Source of the DNA: Bacteroidota bacterium
Lineage (GTDB): Bacteria > Bacteroidota > Ignavibacteria > UBA10030 > UBA8401
NCBI GenBank assembly: GCA_021796215.1
Contig: JAJYOK010000004.1
Location: 30,217-94,216 of the forward strand
Direction of reading: 5' to 3'
DNA length: 64,000 nt
Positions 1 to 9,409 of the stretch are shown here, one piece after another. The first letter of the stretch is position 1, and each line of letters opens with the position of its first letter. The translations under genes and the position numbers were made by a program. The notes beneath the pieces were generated by a model. It was not told the origin of the DNA, searched no databases, and was given only the letters and a program-made list of their open reading frames with translations.

Positions 1-2001
1 GATTGCCATTGCGAGAGCCTGACGCTGTACCTGCCTCGGCAGCCGGCGGGTTTGTAACCAATTGCACAATGTCGTCATAATGGATTTTTGTACCAGGCGC
101 CGGCAATTGCCGCGTCACAACATCGCCACTGCCGGAGATAGAAACGTGAAATCCATTGTCGTCAAGTATTTGCAGCGCTGTCGTTGTTTTCACATTACAA
201 ACATTCGGAACTGAAATAAGCGAAGTATCTTCGTCCCGGTGATTGATTGCAATCTGATTTTTTGAAAACAGTCCATTGTTGTTCACAATGCGTTCTGTAA
301 TCGCCTTAAAAATCGGAGCGCTTGCCAAAGCTCCTGTGTATCCGTTTTTCGGGTTTTCCATCATCACAAGCAAAACGATCGTCGGATTATCTACAGGGAA
401 AAACCCGACAAAGGATGCATTATAATTTCCAGGCGCGTATTTTCCATCTACATATTTTCTCGAAGTTCCGGTCTTTCCCGCGATCGTAATTCCCTGAACC
501 CGTGCCGACTGTCCTGTGCCGTGTTCAACAACATCAAGAAAAAGAGTTTTCAAGAGCTGGTCCGTTTCCGGAGAAAGAACTCGCCGGACTTTTTCCGGTT
601 CCTCGATGCCGACAATATTTCCCTGCTCATCAATTTCTTTGCTGAAGATATACGGCTTCATGAGCGTGCCGCCGTTTGCAAGCGCGGCATACGCGGCAAT
701 AATTTGAAGCGGAGTCACACCGACTTCATAACCGTATGCCATTGAATTTAACGTTGCGCCCGACCATTCAACCGGTTTTTTTAAATCGCCGCTCACTTCA
801 CCCGGAAGTTCGATGCCCGTTGTCATTCCGAACCCAAAATTTCTTGCTTCGGTGTACAACCGTTCAGCTCCGACAATGTCGCCGACTTTTGCAAACACAA
901 TGTTGCTCGAAAACTCAAGCGCTTGTGTGAATGTGATCATTCCGTTTTCATGCGTGTCGCGGATAATGCGAAATCTTCCTCCGTTTAACGGAACTTTGTA
1001 CGTTCCGTTCTCGGCAAAAAACATTTGGTCCGGTTTTACAAGATCATTTTCCAGTGCGGCACTCGCAGTCACAAGCTTAAATACGGAACCCGGTTCGACC
1101 ATATCCGCGATCGCGCGAACTTTCAACGCCTCCATGGAAACATTCGAAAGCGCATTCGGATGCACGCTTGGATAATGCGCCATCGCCAGCACCGCGCCCG
1201 TGTTCGGATCGAGCATGATTGCGACACCTGCGTCAGCATTTGCCCGCTCAGCGCCTTTCGTCAACTCATCTTCGACAATGGATTGATACGCGACATCAAG
1301 CGTGAGCACAACCGAATGTCCGTTGACCGGCTCTTCTCTCGGGAAATCTGTTGACGGGCGCGTTCTGCCAAGTCCATCGCGCTGCATAATGACATAGCCG
1401 TCTTTTCCGCGAAGCTGTTTGTCAAACGTGTACTCCGCACCGCTGATGCCGACATTATCAATGTTGGTGCAGCCGACCACTTGCCCGCCGATTTCATCGT
1501 AATGATATAAACGCTTCGGCTCGTTCAAGGTGACAACACCGGCAAGCTTGCTGATATCGAATGACCGTGCAACGCTCGGTGCAATGTGGCGCTCAAGCCA
1601 TACGAAACGTTTTTCGCTCCGAAGTTTTTGAAGATATACTGTTTCCGTTTTCCCAAAAACGCGGGAGAACGCGTGCGCAACTTTTCCGGCGTTATCACCG
1701 ACAATTTTGGGATCTGCCGCATACGAAACGAACATCGAATTCGACGCCAGCACATTGCCATTGCGATCGTAAATATTCCCGCGCGTTGCCGGAAGAATAA
1801 CTTTCGCTTCATATTGTTTCCGCGCAATTGCCTGATATTTCGACGCATCCATAATTTGAATCTTCACGAGCTTGGCTAATGCAACAGTGAATGCAAGCAG
1901 CAGAAAAATCTTGACGAAGAGCAATCTGCCGTTCTTCGATTTGTGTACTTCTGTTGCCTGCGCAGCAGAACTATTTATTTCTGTTTTTTTGCGCGAAAAC
2001 A
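1..2001 (-). CDS. ftsI: Peptidoglycan D,D-transpeptidase FtsI (PBP3), 3' end off-window
   Basis: Minus-strand translation from the ATG at 2001 gives MFSRKKTEINSS... with an N-terminal TM segment. It carries the penicillin-binding motifs SVFK (SxxK) and KTGT. It lies directly downstream of ftsL/rsmH/mraZ. The ORF runs off the left edge, so it is absent from the ORF track. Confidence 0.8.
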
Positions 2002-2012
2002 TTGCTCGCCGC

Positions 2013-2453
2013 TTACTTTCCTGTTAGCTCATCAACTTTGTCACGATCAATTTCAATCCACACCGGCGCTTCTTTCGGATTGGTCATTCCAAGCCCGGCC
2101 GCCAATGTGCCGATACGATCCAAGCTCGATTTTCGGTTGATCTCTGCTTTCAATACTTCATTTGCGCTGACGATAGCGTTGTAACGGTTTGTCAGATCGT
2201 TCACTTCTTTCGCAAGTTGATTTACTGCAATCACGTTGCTTGTATAGAGCAAGCTCGCAACTGCCAACAAAAAAAGAGCACCGACAATATTAAAGGTCGA
2301 GTGTTTCCGTTTTTCCGTTTTTTTATTCGGGCGAATGGCGTACGCCGGTGCTGTTGCCTGCGGATCAGCAATGACATCGCCATTATAAATTTGACGGTCC
2401 CGCGGCTCAACATCATCAGAAAGCACCGTTGTTCGTGCAGGTATCGCCATCAA
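2013..2453 (-). CDS. ftsL: Cell division protein FtsL-like (small bitopic membrane/coiled-coil protein)
   Basis: 146 aa with one hydrophobic segment (FNIVGALFLLAVASLLY) followed by a coiled-coil-like region. Its position between rsmH and ftsI matches the canonical dcw order. The start overlaps the rsmH stop by 4 nt. Confidence 0.55.
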   Translation of the reverse strand: MMAIPARTTVLSDDVEPRDRQIYNGDVIADPQATAPAYAIRPNKKTEKRKHSTFNIVGALFLLAVASLLYTSNVIAVNQLAKEVNDLTNRYNAIVSANEVLKAEINRKSSLDRIGTLAAGLGMTNPKEAPVWIEIDRDKVDELTGK

Positions 2454-3403
2454 AGCCTTTCTGCTACGCGCATTTTTGCACTTCGCGAACGCGGGTTTTC
2501 CCGCCTTTCTCCGTCGGTAGCTACAACCGGTTTTCTCGTGATAATGCGTAACCTCGGAACACGCGGCACATCCGGCACTAATTTATGTCCCGAGAGAATT
2601 TTGTCGGCAGCTTCTTCCTGAAAAAAATTCTTTACAATTCTATCTTCCAGCGAGTGATATGAGATTACGACAATGCGCCCGCCGACAGCAAGAACTTCCA
2701 TCGCGTCACGGAGTGTTTGCGACAAATTCCCGAGTTCATTATTCACTTCAATACGTAACGCTTGAAAAATCCTGGCTAATGTTTTCACCGAAAACCTTCC
2801 GCCGGCTTTTTTTTCTACAACAAAAGCAAGGTCGCCTGTCGTTTCAATTTTCTTTTCCGCACGATGTTCAACGAGCGCCCGTGCAACACGCTGGGAAAAT
2901 TTTTCTTCGCCATACGACCAAAAAATTCTCGCTAACTCTTGTTCCGAATATGTATTCACCACTGTTCGTGCATCAAGCATTTGCCGTTTGTCCATTCTCA
3001 TATCAAGCACATCATTCGTGCGGAATGAAAATCCTTTTGAACCTTCGTCCAACTGAAACGACGACACGCCGAGGTCCAGCAATAATCCGTGAATCTGTTG
3101 AATGTTCTGTTGGCGAAGAATTGCCTGGATATTCGAGACATTGTCATGCACCAAAATTAAGCGGCCGCTCTTAGTGAACTGTTGCAAATCCACAGTAGAA
3201 GAAAACCGCTGTTGAGCTTCCGCAATGGCGTCGGCGTCCGCATCAATCCCGAGAAGAATTCCGCCCGGTGAAATTTTTTTTGCAACCGTCTCAGCATGGC
3301 CGCCGCCGCCAAGCGTTCCATCAACATATACGCCGCCCGCTGTTGTGATAAGCGCATCAACAGCTTCCTTACGCAAAACGGGAATGTGGTATTCATTGCT
3401 CAC
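2450..3403 (-). CDS. rsmH: 16S rRNA (cytosine1402-N4)-methyltransferase RsmH (MraW)
   Basis: 317 aa with a GTLGGGGHAE SAM-binding motif and overall MraW architecture. It sits between mraZ and ftsL. Confidence 0.9.
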   Translation of the reverse strand: MSNEYHIPVLRKEAVDALITTAGGVYVDGTLGGGGHAETVAKKISPGGILLGIDADADAIAEAQQRFSSTVDLQQFTKSGRLILVHDNVSNIQAILRQQNIQQIHGLLLDLGVSSFQLDEGSKGFSFRTNDVLDMRMDKRQMLDARTVVNTYSEQELARIFWSYGEEKFSQRVARALVEHRAEKKIETTGDLAFVVEKKAGGRFSVKTLARIFQALRIEVNNELGNLSQTLRDAMEVLAVGGRIVVISYHSLEDRIVKNFFQEEAADKILSGHKLVPDVPRVPRLRIITRKPVVATDGERRENPRSRSAKMRVAERL

Positions 3404-3431
3404 GCAATTCGGTTGAAAAACAAATGCTTTC

Positions 3432-3884
3432 TTATTCTGCCGCCGGTTTCAATACTGCCGCGGCAACATTTTCATAGCTGTCATGCTGCGATGCGATGTA
3501 TTCATCGTACATCCGCGGGTTCCATACTTCAATATGTTCCAGCACGCCTAGGATCAGCACTTCGTTTTCAATTTTCGCAAATTGCAAAAGTTCTTTGGGA
3601 AGGATGATGCGGGATTGACCGTCAAGCTGCGCTTCAGTCGCCCATTGCAATAATGTCCTCATCACAAAGCGATGCTTCGGATCGGAGGATGACAGCTTTC
3701 GAATTGACTGTTCAAGCTTTGCCCATTCGTCATTCGGATAAATGAACAGACAAGATTCAAACCCTCGTGTAATGACAAAAAGATCGTTGGCATCCGAAGA
3801 AACATTCTTCCGCATTTTTGCGGGAATGTTTATCCGGCCTTTACTGTCCACCGAATAACTAAATGAACCTTTAAATGTCGACAT
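3432..3884 (-). CDS. mraZ: Transcriptional regulator MraZ
   Basis: 150 aa starting MSTFKGSFSYSVDSKGRINIPAKMRK, with duplicated MraZ/SpoVT-AbrB-like halves. It is the first gene of the dcw cluster. Confidence 0.9.
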   Translation of the reverse strand: MSTFKGSFSYSVDSKGRINIPAKMRKNVSSDANDLFVITRGFESCLFIYPNDEWAKLEQSIRKLSSSDPKHRFVMRTLLQWATEAQLDGQSRIILPKELLQFAKIENEVLILGVLEHIEVWNPRMYDEYIASQHDSYENVAAAVLKPAAE

Positions 3885-3923
3885 TGTTTATCCCACGAAA
3901 TAATTAAAATCACTCTTTTCGCT

Positions 3924-3949
3924 TCTTTTCCTTCCCACTAACCACCCAC
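3924..3949 (-). promoter_or_regulatory. Three direct GTGGG repeats (10-11 bp spacing) upstream of mraZ: putative MraZ operator
   Basis: On the plus strand, CCCAC occurs at 3924, 3935 and 3945. On the minus strand this reads GTGGG-N5-GTGGG-N6-GTGGG. MraZ is known to bind direct TGGGN repeats with ~10-bp periodicity in its own promoter. The repeats lie 40-60 nt upstream of the mraZ start. Confidence 0.45.
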
Positions 3950-4195
3950 TTTTACCCACAAACATGCACGAAATGTACGCAATTCTCAGATAAAGTCAAG
4001 CGAAAAATATCAGATTTTTTGTGTTTTGTTGTGAATATCACACAAGTCAACACTTTTGAGGCGAGGAATGCTTTGGAGGGCGTCTATCTGTGGTTATTGC
4101 AAGAAGCAAAAATAAAAAAGCGGCAGGTTTCCCTTGCTTAGGCTGCGTGAAATACCTTGGATCTTATTTGAATTCCGGAAAGAATTTTGGTGCTA

Positions 4196-4492
4196 TTACC
4201 CGCCGGCAATGGCACCGATAACAAGAAACGGTTCTTCTCCCGAAACGACTTTGTCTGGTAACCGTGTGTCCAAAGATTCAAGAGAAATATCTTCCCCGCA
4301 TGCGAAGAAACGCAAGAAGGGCCGTCGCTGTTGAGTGCCATGATCCCGAATTGTCCCGCGTAACATTGGAAATTTTTTTTCAAGTGCATCGAGAACCGAA
4401 GAGATCGTGACGGTTCCTTCTACCGCGACCTGAACTTCGGCATCCGACCGTGCCAGTGTTCGTAAGTGGTATGGAAGAATAACGCGTATCAT
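4196..4492 (-). CDS. MoaD/ThiS-family ubiquitin-like small protein (C-terminal Gly-Gly)
   Basis: 98 aa starting [15 protein letters not shown] and ending ...VIGAIAGG. Size and the terminal GG are typical of sulfur-carrier/ubiquitin-like beta-grasp proteins. It abuts the SnoaL-like gene (stop 4493 / start 4492). Confidence 0.6.
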   Translation of the reverse strand: MIRVILPYHLRTLARSDAEVQVAVEGTVTISSVLDALEKKFPMLRGTIRDHGTQQRRPFLRFFACGEDISLESLDTRLPDKVVSGEEPFLVIGAIAGG

Positions 4493-4894
4493 TTAGAACA
4501 TGCCGTTGCCATTCGGAGAGTCAGCCGGTACCTGCTGTCCGACATCCCACATTTCAATAATCTTATCGTCCCGAAAGCGGAACAGGTGAACAACGGCAAC
4601 GCCTTTTTCACCGGGGCTCATGACAACATTGGAGTGCACTGCAACAAGGTCGCCATCGCCAAGAACATTCTTAATATAAATTTGTGTGTTGGGGAATTTG
4701 TTGTGAGCTTCAATCATCCCTTGCTTGAGCGCAGAAAATTCCGCTGCAAAGTACGGGTTATGATGCTTGCCGTGCATGTCAACATATTTTTCGTATGCTT
4801 CATCGGCGCGGCGAGCCACAACAAGTTTTAGAAATTCAACGGCGGACTGTTTATGATCCTTCATGATGATTTTTTTTAATAACAAGACCGTCAT
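4493..4894 (-). CDS. SnoaL-like (NTF2-fold) protein, putative ester cyclase
   Basis: 133 aa. The MKDHKQSAVEFLKLVVARRADEAYEKYV...IIEMWDV pattern fits SnoaL/NTF2-like proteins. The start could be the internal ATG at 4864. Confidence 0.55.
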   Translation of the reverse strand: MTVLLLKKIIMKDHKQSAVEFLKLVVARRADEAYEKYVDMHGKHHNPYFAAEFSALKQGMIEAHNKFPNTQIYIKNVLGDGDLVAVHSNVVMSPGEKGVAVVHLFRFRDDKIIEMWDVGQQVPADSPNGNGMF

Positions 4895-4944
4895 CCCCGA
4901 AAGGATTCCTTTGGGACAGGAATGACGTAGTCATTGAATTGCTT

Positions 4945-6132
4945 TCAATTCAATGTTTGAACTTCGACGGAAAACACAGCGGGGAGGTTCTCCGCAATCG
5001 CACTCCAATTATCCCCGCCGTCCGGCGACATATATACTTGCCCGCCTGTAGTTCCGAAATAAATTCCGCATGAATCGAGCGAGTCCACTGCCATCGCATC
5101 GCGCAAAATGTTGACATAGCAATCGCGTTGAGGTAAACCTTTTGTAAGCGGTTCCCATTCGTTTCCACCGGACTTACTTCGGTACACGCGCAATTTCCCT
5201 TCCGGCGGAAAATGTTCCGAGTCGCTCTTAATCGGGATGACATAAATGGTATTCGGCTCGTGCGCGTGAACGTCAACCACAAATCCGAAATCAGACGGCA
5301 AGTTGCCGCTCACCTCTTTCCAATTTTCACCGGCATCGTCGCTGCGCATAACGTCCCAATGTTTTTGCATGAAGAGAACATTTGGACGCGAAGGGTGCAT
5401 AGCAATGCGATGAACACAATGGCCGACTTCGGCTTTGGGATCAGGAATATATTCTGACCGTAGTCCCTGGTTGATCGGTTTCCATGTCTTCCCGCCATCA
5501 TCGGTACGAAATACGCCGGCGGAGGAGATTGCAATGTAGATTCGATTGTGATTTTTGTGATCGAGAAGAATTGTATGCAGTCCCATGCCTCCTGCACCGG
5601 GTGCCCATTTAGGTCCGGTACCGTGGCCGCGCAATCCCGCCATTTCATTCCATGTTTGCCCGCCATCGGTTGTGCGGAACAGCGCGGCATCTTCCACACC
5701 GGCATATACTGTATTTGCATCTGTAAGCGACGGCTCAAGATGCCACACGCGCTTGAATTCCCACGGATGCTGCGTTCCATCGTACCACTGATGCGTGGTG
5801 AGCGGTTTGCCGGTTTCGGGAGAAGTGTCATAGACGAACTTGTTGCTTTCAGCTTTGGGAAAACCTTCAGGAGTTTTTGTCGGCTCGCCCGGTTTTGTGC
5901 CTGGCTGAAACCAGGTTTTCCCAGCATCATCCGAGCGTTGTATGATTTGCCCGAACCAGCCGCTTGTTTGCGACGCATACAAGCGATTCGGATCAACCGG
6001 TGAGCCTTTGACATGATAAATTTCCCAGCCTGCAAAGTGGGGACCGCTGACATCCCATTTTGTGCGTTTTCCGTCAGATGCCAGGATGAATGCCCCTTTG
6101 TGCGTGCCGACCAATACTCTAACTCCGCTCAT
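4945..6132 (-). CDS. BNR/Asp-box repeat beta-propeller protein (sialidase-like / Ycf48-like fold)
   Basis: 395 aa with at least five Asp-box motifs ([39 protein letters not shown]). Confidence 0.75.
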   Translation of the reverse strand: MSGVRVLVGTHKGAFILASDGKRTKWDVSGPHFAGWEIYHVKGSPVDPNRLYASQTSGWFGQIIQRSDDAGKTWFQPGTKPGEPTKTPEGFPKAESNKFVYDTSPETGKPLTTHQWYDGTQHPWEFKRVWHLEPSLTDANTVYAGVEDAALFRTTDGGQTWNEMAGLRGHGTGPKWAPGAGGMGLHTILLDHKNHNRIYIAISSAGVFRTDDGGKTWKPINQGLRSEYIPDPKAEVGHCVHRIAMHPSRPNVLFMQKHWDVMRSDDAGENWKEVSGNLPSDFGFVVDVHAHEPNTIYVIPIKSDSEHFPPEGKLRVYRSKSGGNEWEPLTKGLPQRDCYVNILRDAMAVDSLDSCGIYFGTTGGQVYMSPDGGDNWSAIAENLPAVFSVEVQTLN

Positions 6133-6247
6133 TTTTAATTCTCCTTTTTAAGTAAGATATAGGTTATTTGCATTTCCGCAATTTACTGTTGAAGAGAAAA
6201 AAATCTTTTAGATTATTTATGTTCGTAGTGGAGCACAACAACACCTG

Positions 6248-6306
6248 ATTTGAAAGTTTTCATATCAACCAATCTGAGGTTGATTTTGTTCCTCAGACTT
6301 TCAAAG
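6248..6306. promoter_or_regulatory. Nested inverted repeat in the PhnB/BNR intergenic region
   Basis: A 9-bp outer arm TTTGAAAGT (6249-6257) pairs with ACTTTCAAA (6297-6305). Inside it, a 6-bp arm CTGAGG (6274-6279) pairs with CCTCAG (6291-6296). The element lies in the 297-bp gap upstream of the BNR gene start. Confidence 0.3.
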
Positions 6307-6429
6307 AGGCGTCTTCCGCTTCTACAAATAATCGGGTGAACCGCAAATCAGTACTCATCAACCAAGCCGCAGCGCGTATCAATTTTCCTTTTATTTCAGA
6401 GTGCCGCGGCTTGCTCTCTCAGCAATGAA

Positions 6430-6861
6430 TTATTTTTGCTTAGGGTACGTGTAATTTATCATCCAGTGTATTCCGAATCTGTCAGTAAACATTCCGAAGT
6501 ACGCTCCCCAGAATTCGTCCTTGAGCGGCTGTTCGATTTTACCGCCGACTGAAAGTCCGTCGTAGAGTTTTTTTGCCTCTTCCTTACTGTCCGCCTCGAT
6601 TGAAATATGGAAGTTATTGCCGGCGGTTAGTTTGTGTCCCATGGATTCAAGAGCATCGGTTCCCATTAAAACGTTTCCTTTGCCAATCGGAAGCGAAATG
6701 TGCATTAGCTTGTCTTTTTCATTTGCCGATACACTATCCGCTACGGGCGTTTCTTTAAATCGCTGGATTGCAATGAACTCTCCGCCGAATACCGATTTAT
6801 AGAACTTAAACGCCTCCTCGGTGTTTCCCGGGAAATTCAAATACGGATTGAATGTTGCCAT
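6430..6861 (-). CDS. VOC-family protein, PhnB-like (3-demethylubiquinone-9 3-methyltransferase-like domain)
   Basis: 143 aa with the typical PhnB pattern (MATFNPYLNFPGNTEEAFKFYKSVFG...IHWMIN). Confidence 0.75.
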   Translation of the reverse strand: MATFNPYLNFPGNTEEAFKFYKSVFGGEFIAIQRFKETPVADSVSANEKDKLMHISLPIGKGNVLMGTDALESMGHKLTAGNNFHISIEADSKEEAKKLYDGLSVGGKIEQPLKDEFWGAYFGMFTDRFGIHWMINYTYPKQK

Positions 6862-6900
6862 GATGATATCTCCTCTTGTATTATGAAATAATGATTTTAA

Positions 6901-7326
6901 TTATTGATTAATGATTTTCTCTTTTTGAAATGGAATGAGTGTGCGCAGTAAATCATCGCGCAAGTACAATCCGCCCCAAATTAATATTCCAACATAAATC
7001 GGAAATAACGCTGTGCTGAACAATGGGGCGTTAATACGCAATTGCGTTGCAACTGCACCGCCAAGATATCCAGTCAACAAGACCGCTCCAAAAATTGAAG
7101 CGCGCGGAATCATGTAGATAATGAGACAAACGAGTTCAATAACTCCGAGAGTGACCGAAAGTCCGACCGGGTATCCAAGCTGTTTGAATGATTCCACGAC
7201 GGGCGGGATTATTATTAAATGGATAATGCTGTCGAAGAGCAAAAACAGAATGGCGACGCCGCTAAGAACGCGTGCGGTCCAAAGTCTCCTTTTCGAGACC
7301 GCAGATAATGCTGAGGCTGGCTGCAT
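6901..7326 (-). CDS. DoxX-family membrane protein
   Basis: 141 aa with 3-4 predicted TM helices, typical DoxX size and hydrophobic pattern. Confidence 0.6.
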   Translation of the reverse strand: MQPASALSAVSKRRLWTARVLSGVAILFLLFDSIIHLIIIPPVVESFKQLGYPVGLSVTLGVIELVCLIIYMIPRASIFGAVLLTGYLGGAVATQLRINAPLFSTALFPIYVGILIWGGLYLRDDLLRTLIPFQKEKIINQ

Positions 7327-7370
7327 GGAGTATCTCCTTCGAACTTATTAAAAATTTATTAATTCCCGTT

Positions 7371-8288
7371 TTACCCTTGCTCGTACACTTGTTTCAATTT
7401 TGCAATGTCGTACTTTTTCATCGGTAAAAATGCTTGGGTTATCCGGTCTATTTGTCCGCGTGTACCGTTTTGCATCATTTCACCCATTGCAGCGGGCCAA
7501 ACCTGCCACGAGAGACCATACTTATCTTTGAGCCAGCCGCACTGCTCAGCTTTCGGGTCGGCGGAAAGCTTTCCCCAGAAATAATCTATTTCTTCTTGAG
7601 TGTCGCAGGGAATAAGAAAAGATATTGCTTCATTGAATGTGAACTTGTGGTCGCGAGCGCTGTCCATTGCGGCAACCCACTGGCTGTTAATCATGAAGTC
7701 GGAAAACATGATTGTTCCTTCTTTCTCCGGTTCCATTCCTTTGGGGTAGCGGATGATATTTCCTCGTTTTGTATCTTGAAATATCGAGAGATAGAAATTG
7801 CTCGCTTCTTCTGCTTTGCCGCAAACAGCTTTCACAAACAAAAGCGATGGAACAATAAATGGCCGCTCTTCGCCGTCAGGATTTGATAAAATAAGCTGCC
7901 ATGTAAGTCCATATTTATCCTGTATCCAGCCATAGCGTTCGCTGAACGGATATTTGTCGAGCGGCATAAGCGCTGTGCCGCCTTGTGACATTTTCTCCCA
8001 CATTGCATCTAAATTCTTCCGTGCATTTTTGTCTCTTGATGGATCAAAATTTAGGATAAATGAGATTGAAGGATTGAACTTGAAAAGCGGCCCCGCGCTG
8101 ATTGCCATGAACGGCTGCTCAGAAAGCTCAAAAGAAACAAGGTCGGCATCACCCGAAGGCGTGTTGCGAAGTGTGATGAAGTTTGTGACTTTCGAATTCG
8201 GAAAAACAGAAGCATAAAACTCGGCGGCTTCTTTTGCTTCTTTATCGAACCACAAATGCGGCGTGATTTTATGTTTGAGTGTTACCAT
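7371..8288 (-). CDS. Tandem two-domain VOC/PhnB-like protein
   Basis: 305 aa with two repeats, each ending in the WGWIQDKYGLTWQL / WLKDKYGLSWQV motif characteristic of PhnB-like (PF06983) domains. Confidence 0.75.
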   Translation of the reverse strand: MVTLKHKITPHLWFDKEAKEAAEFYASVFPNSKVTNFITLRNTPSGDADLVSFELSEQPFMAISAGPLFKFNPSISFILNFDPSRDKNARKNLDAMWEKMSQGGTALMPLDKYPFSERYGWIQDKYGLTWQLILSNPDGEERPFIVPSLLFVKAVCGKAEEASNFYLSIFQDTKRGNIIRYPKGMEPEKEGTIMFSDFMINSQWVAAMDSARDHKFTFNEAISFLIPCDTQEEIDYFWGKLSADPKAEQCGWLKDKYGLSWQVWPAAMGEMMQNGTRGQIDRITQAFLPMKKYDIAKLKQVYEQG

Positions 8289-8315
8289 GGTGCATTTCTC
8301 CTCTCAGTAATGGAA

Positions 8316-8684
8316 TCAGTATCGTTTCTCTTCGTTAAGTCCTCCATCAACAGGACGGACTTCGATGCTACCCAAGCGTGCCGAGGGCCACTGTGATGCA
8401 ATACGAATCGCTTCGTTCAAATCTTTTGCGTTGATGAGAAAGAATCCGCCGAGCGTTTCTTTTGTTTCGGCGAAAGGACCGTCCGTAATGGAAAGTTTTC
8501 CGCTGCGAACACGAACCGTTGATGCGGTGCGAATACTCTGGAGCGGCTCTGCCGTAATAAGCTGTCCGCGCTTTTGAAGTTCCTCAACGTAGCTCATCGT
8601 TTCGCGCCGGAGAATATCCCATTCATTTCTTGAGAGAGTGCTCAGCACATTTTCTTCTTCATACGCCAAACATAGATACTTCAT
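8316..8684 (-). CDS. YCII-related (DGPF) family protein
   Basis: 122 aa with the DGPFAETKE motif and ...LINAKDLNEAI typical of YciI-like/DGPF proteins. Confidence 0.8.
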   Translation of the reverse strand: MKYLCLAYEEENVLSTLSRNEWDILRRETMSYVEELQKRGQLITAEPLQSIRTASTVRVRSGKLSITDGPFAETKETLGGFFLINAKDLNEAIRIASQWPSARLGSIEVRPVDGGLNEEKRY

Positions 8685-8725
8685 ATTCCCACCTCTAACT
8701 TTTTAAGCCGGCGTTTGTTTTGATT

Positions 8726-9178
8726 TCAATTTCTATGTTTCTCAATCGCTTCCTTTACTACTTTACTTTCCCCGGCTTTCCGCACATCGGCAGGCATTTC
8801 CGACATTTCAAATATTTGTCGTACCTCAATCACTGCACCTGAATGAACCTTTACAGCCGGACAACGTTTCGCCCATTCGACGGCTTCTTCTTTCGACTTC
8901 ACATTAATCAACCAGTAACCGCCGACCACTTCTTTTGCTTCAATAAAAGGTCCGTCGGTAACAGTTGTTTTTCCGTCTTTGAATGTGACGCGCGCGCCTT
9001 TCAGTAAGGGATGAAGTCCGTCGAGCGAGATGAGCACTCCGGCTTTTGCGAGTTCTTCATTGTATTTCATCATTGCGGCGACGGCTTCGGCCGGCGGAGC
9101 AAAATTTGCATCGGCTTTTTGTTTCGGCGATGCGTCCGGCTGGTATTCCGGCGGAATCATAAACATCATGAATCTCAT
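8726..9178 (-). CDS. YCII-related (DGPF) family protein, N-terminally extended paralog
   Basis: 150 aa with the DGPFIEAKE motif plus WLINVKSKEEAVEWAKR. A strong RBS (AAGGAGA) sits 8 nt upstream. Confidence 0.75.
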   Translation of the reverse strand: MRFMMFMIPPEYQPDASPKQKADANFAPPAEAVAAMMKYNEELAKAGVLISLDGLHPLLKGARVTFKDGKTTVTDGPFIEAKEVVGGYWLINVKSKEEAVEWAKRCPAVKVHSGAVIEVRQIFEMSEMPADVRKAGESKVVKEAIEKHRN

Positions 9179-9218
9179 TGTTGTATCTCCTTATGTAAAA
9201 ATGATTGAATTTATTGAT

Positions 9219-9245
9219 TCACTATATAGTCGTTTGACACCGGCA
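9219..9245 (-). promoter_or_regulatory. Candidate ECF-sigma-type promoter (TGTCGA-N17-CGAC) upstream of a YCII gene
   Basis: The minus strand reads TGTCGA (9245..9240), a 17-nt spacer, then CGAC (9222..9219). This is about 50 nt upstream of the start of the YCII gene 8726..9178. It resembles ECF -35 (GTC-containing) and -10 (CGxC) elements. An ECF sigma gene is encoded 2 kb upstream on the same strand. Confidence 0.3.
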
Positions 9246-9409
9246 AAAATCGACAACTGAATTCGATTTTTTTTACTCGTTTCTTTCCGGCGACCCGATA
9301 AGGCTGCTTCAGACATTTAATTATTTCGTTATCAATTTGTTTGGAATCGGTAATACTTCCCTGATGCGTGACCATGCTGCTCTCCCGCGCCTTCAAACCG
9401 CGTGTTGCT

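Noticed and set aside
4138-4389. 83-aa minus-strand ORF ([12 protein letters not shown]...)
   Set aside because: It overlaps the MoaD-like gene in another frame and the mraZ upstream region. It has no RBS or motif and is likely spurious.
5310-6053. 247-aa minus-strand ORF in an alternative frame
   Set aside because: It is embedded in the BNR/Asp-box gene (4945..6132), whose frame carries five Asp-box motifs. The alternative frame is Arg/Ser-rich noise.
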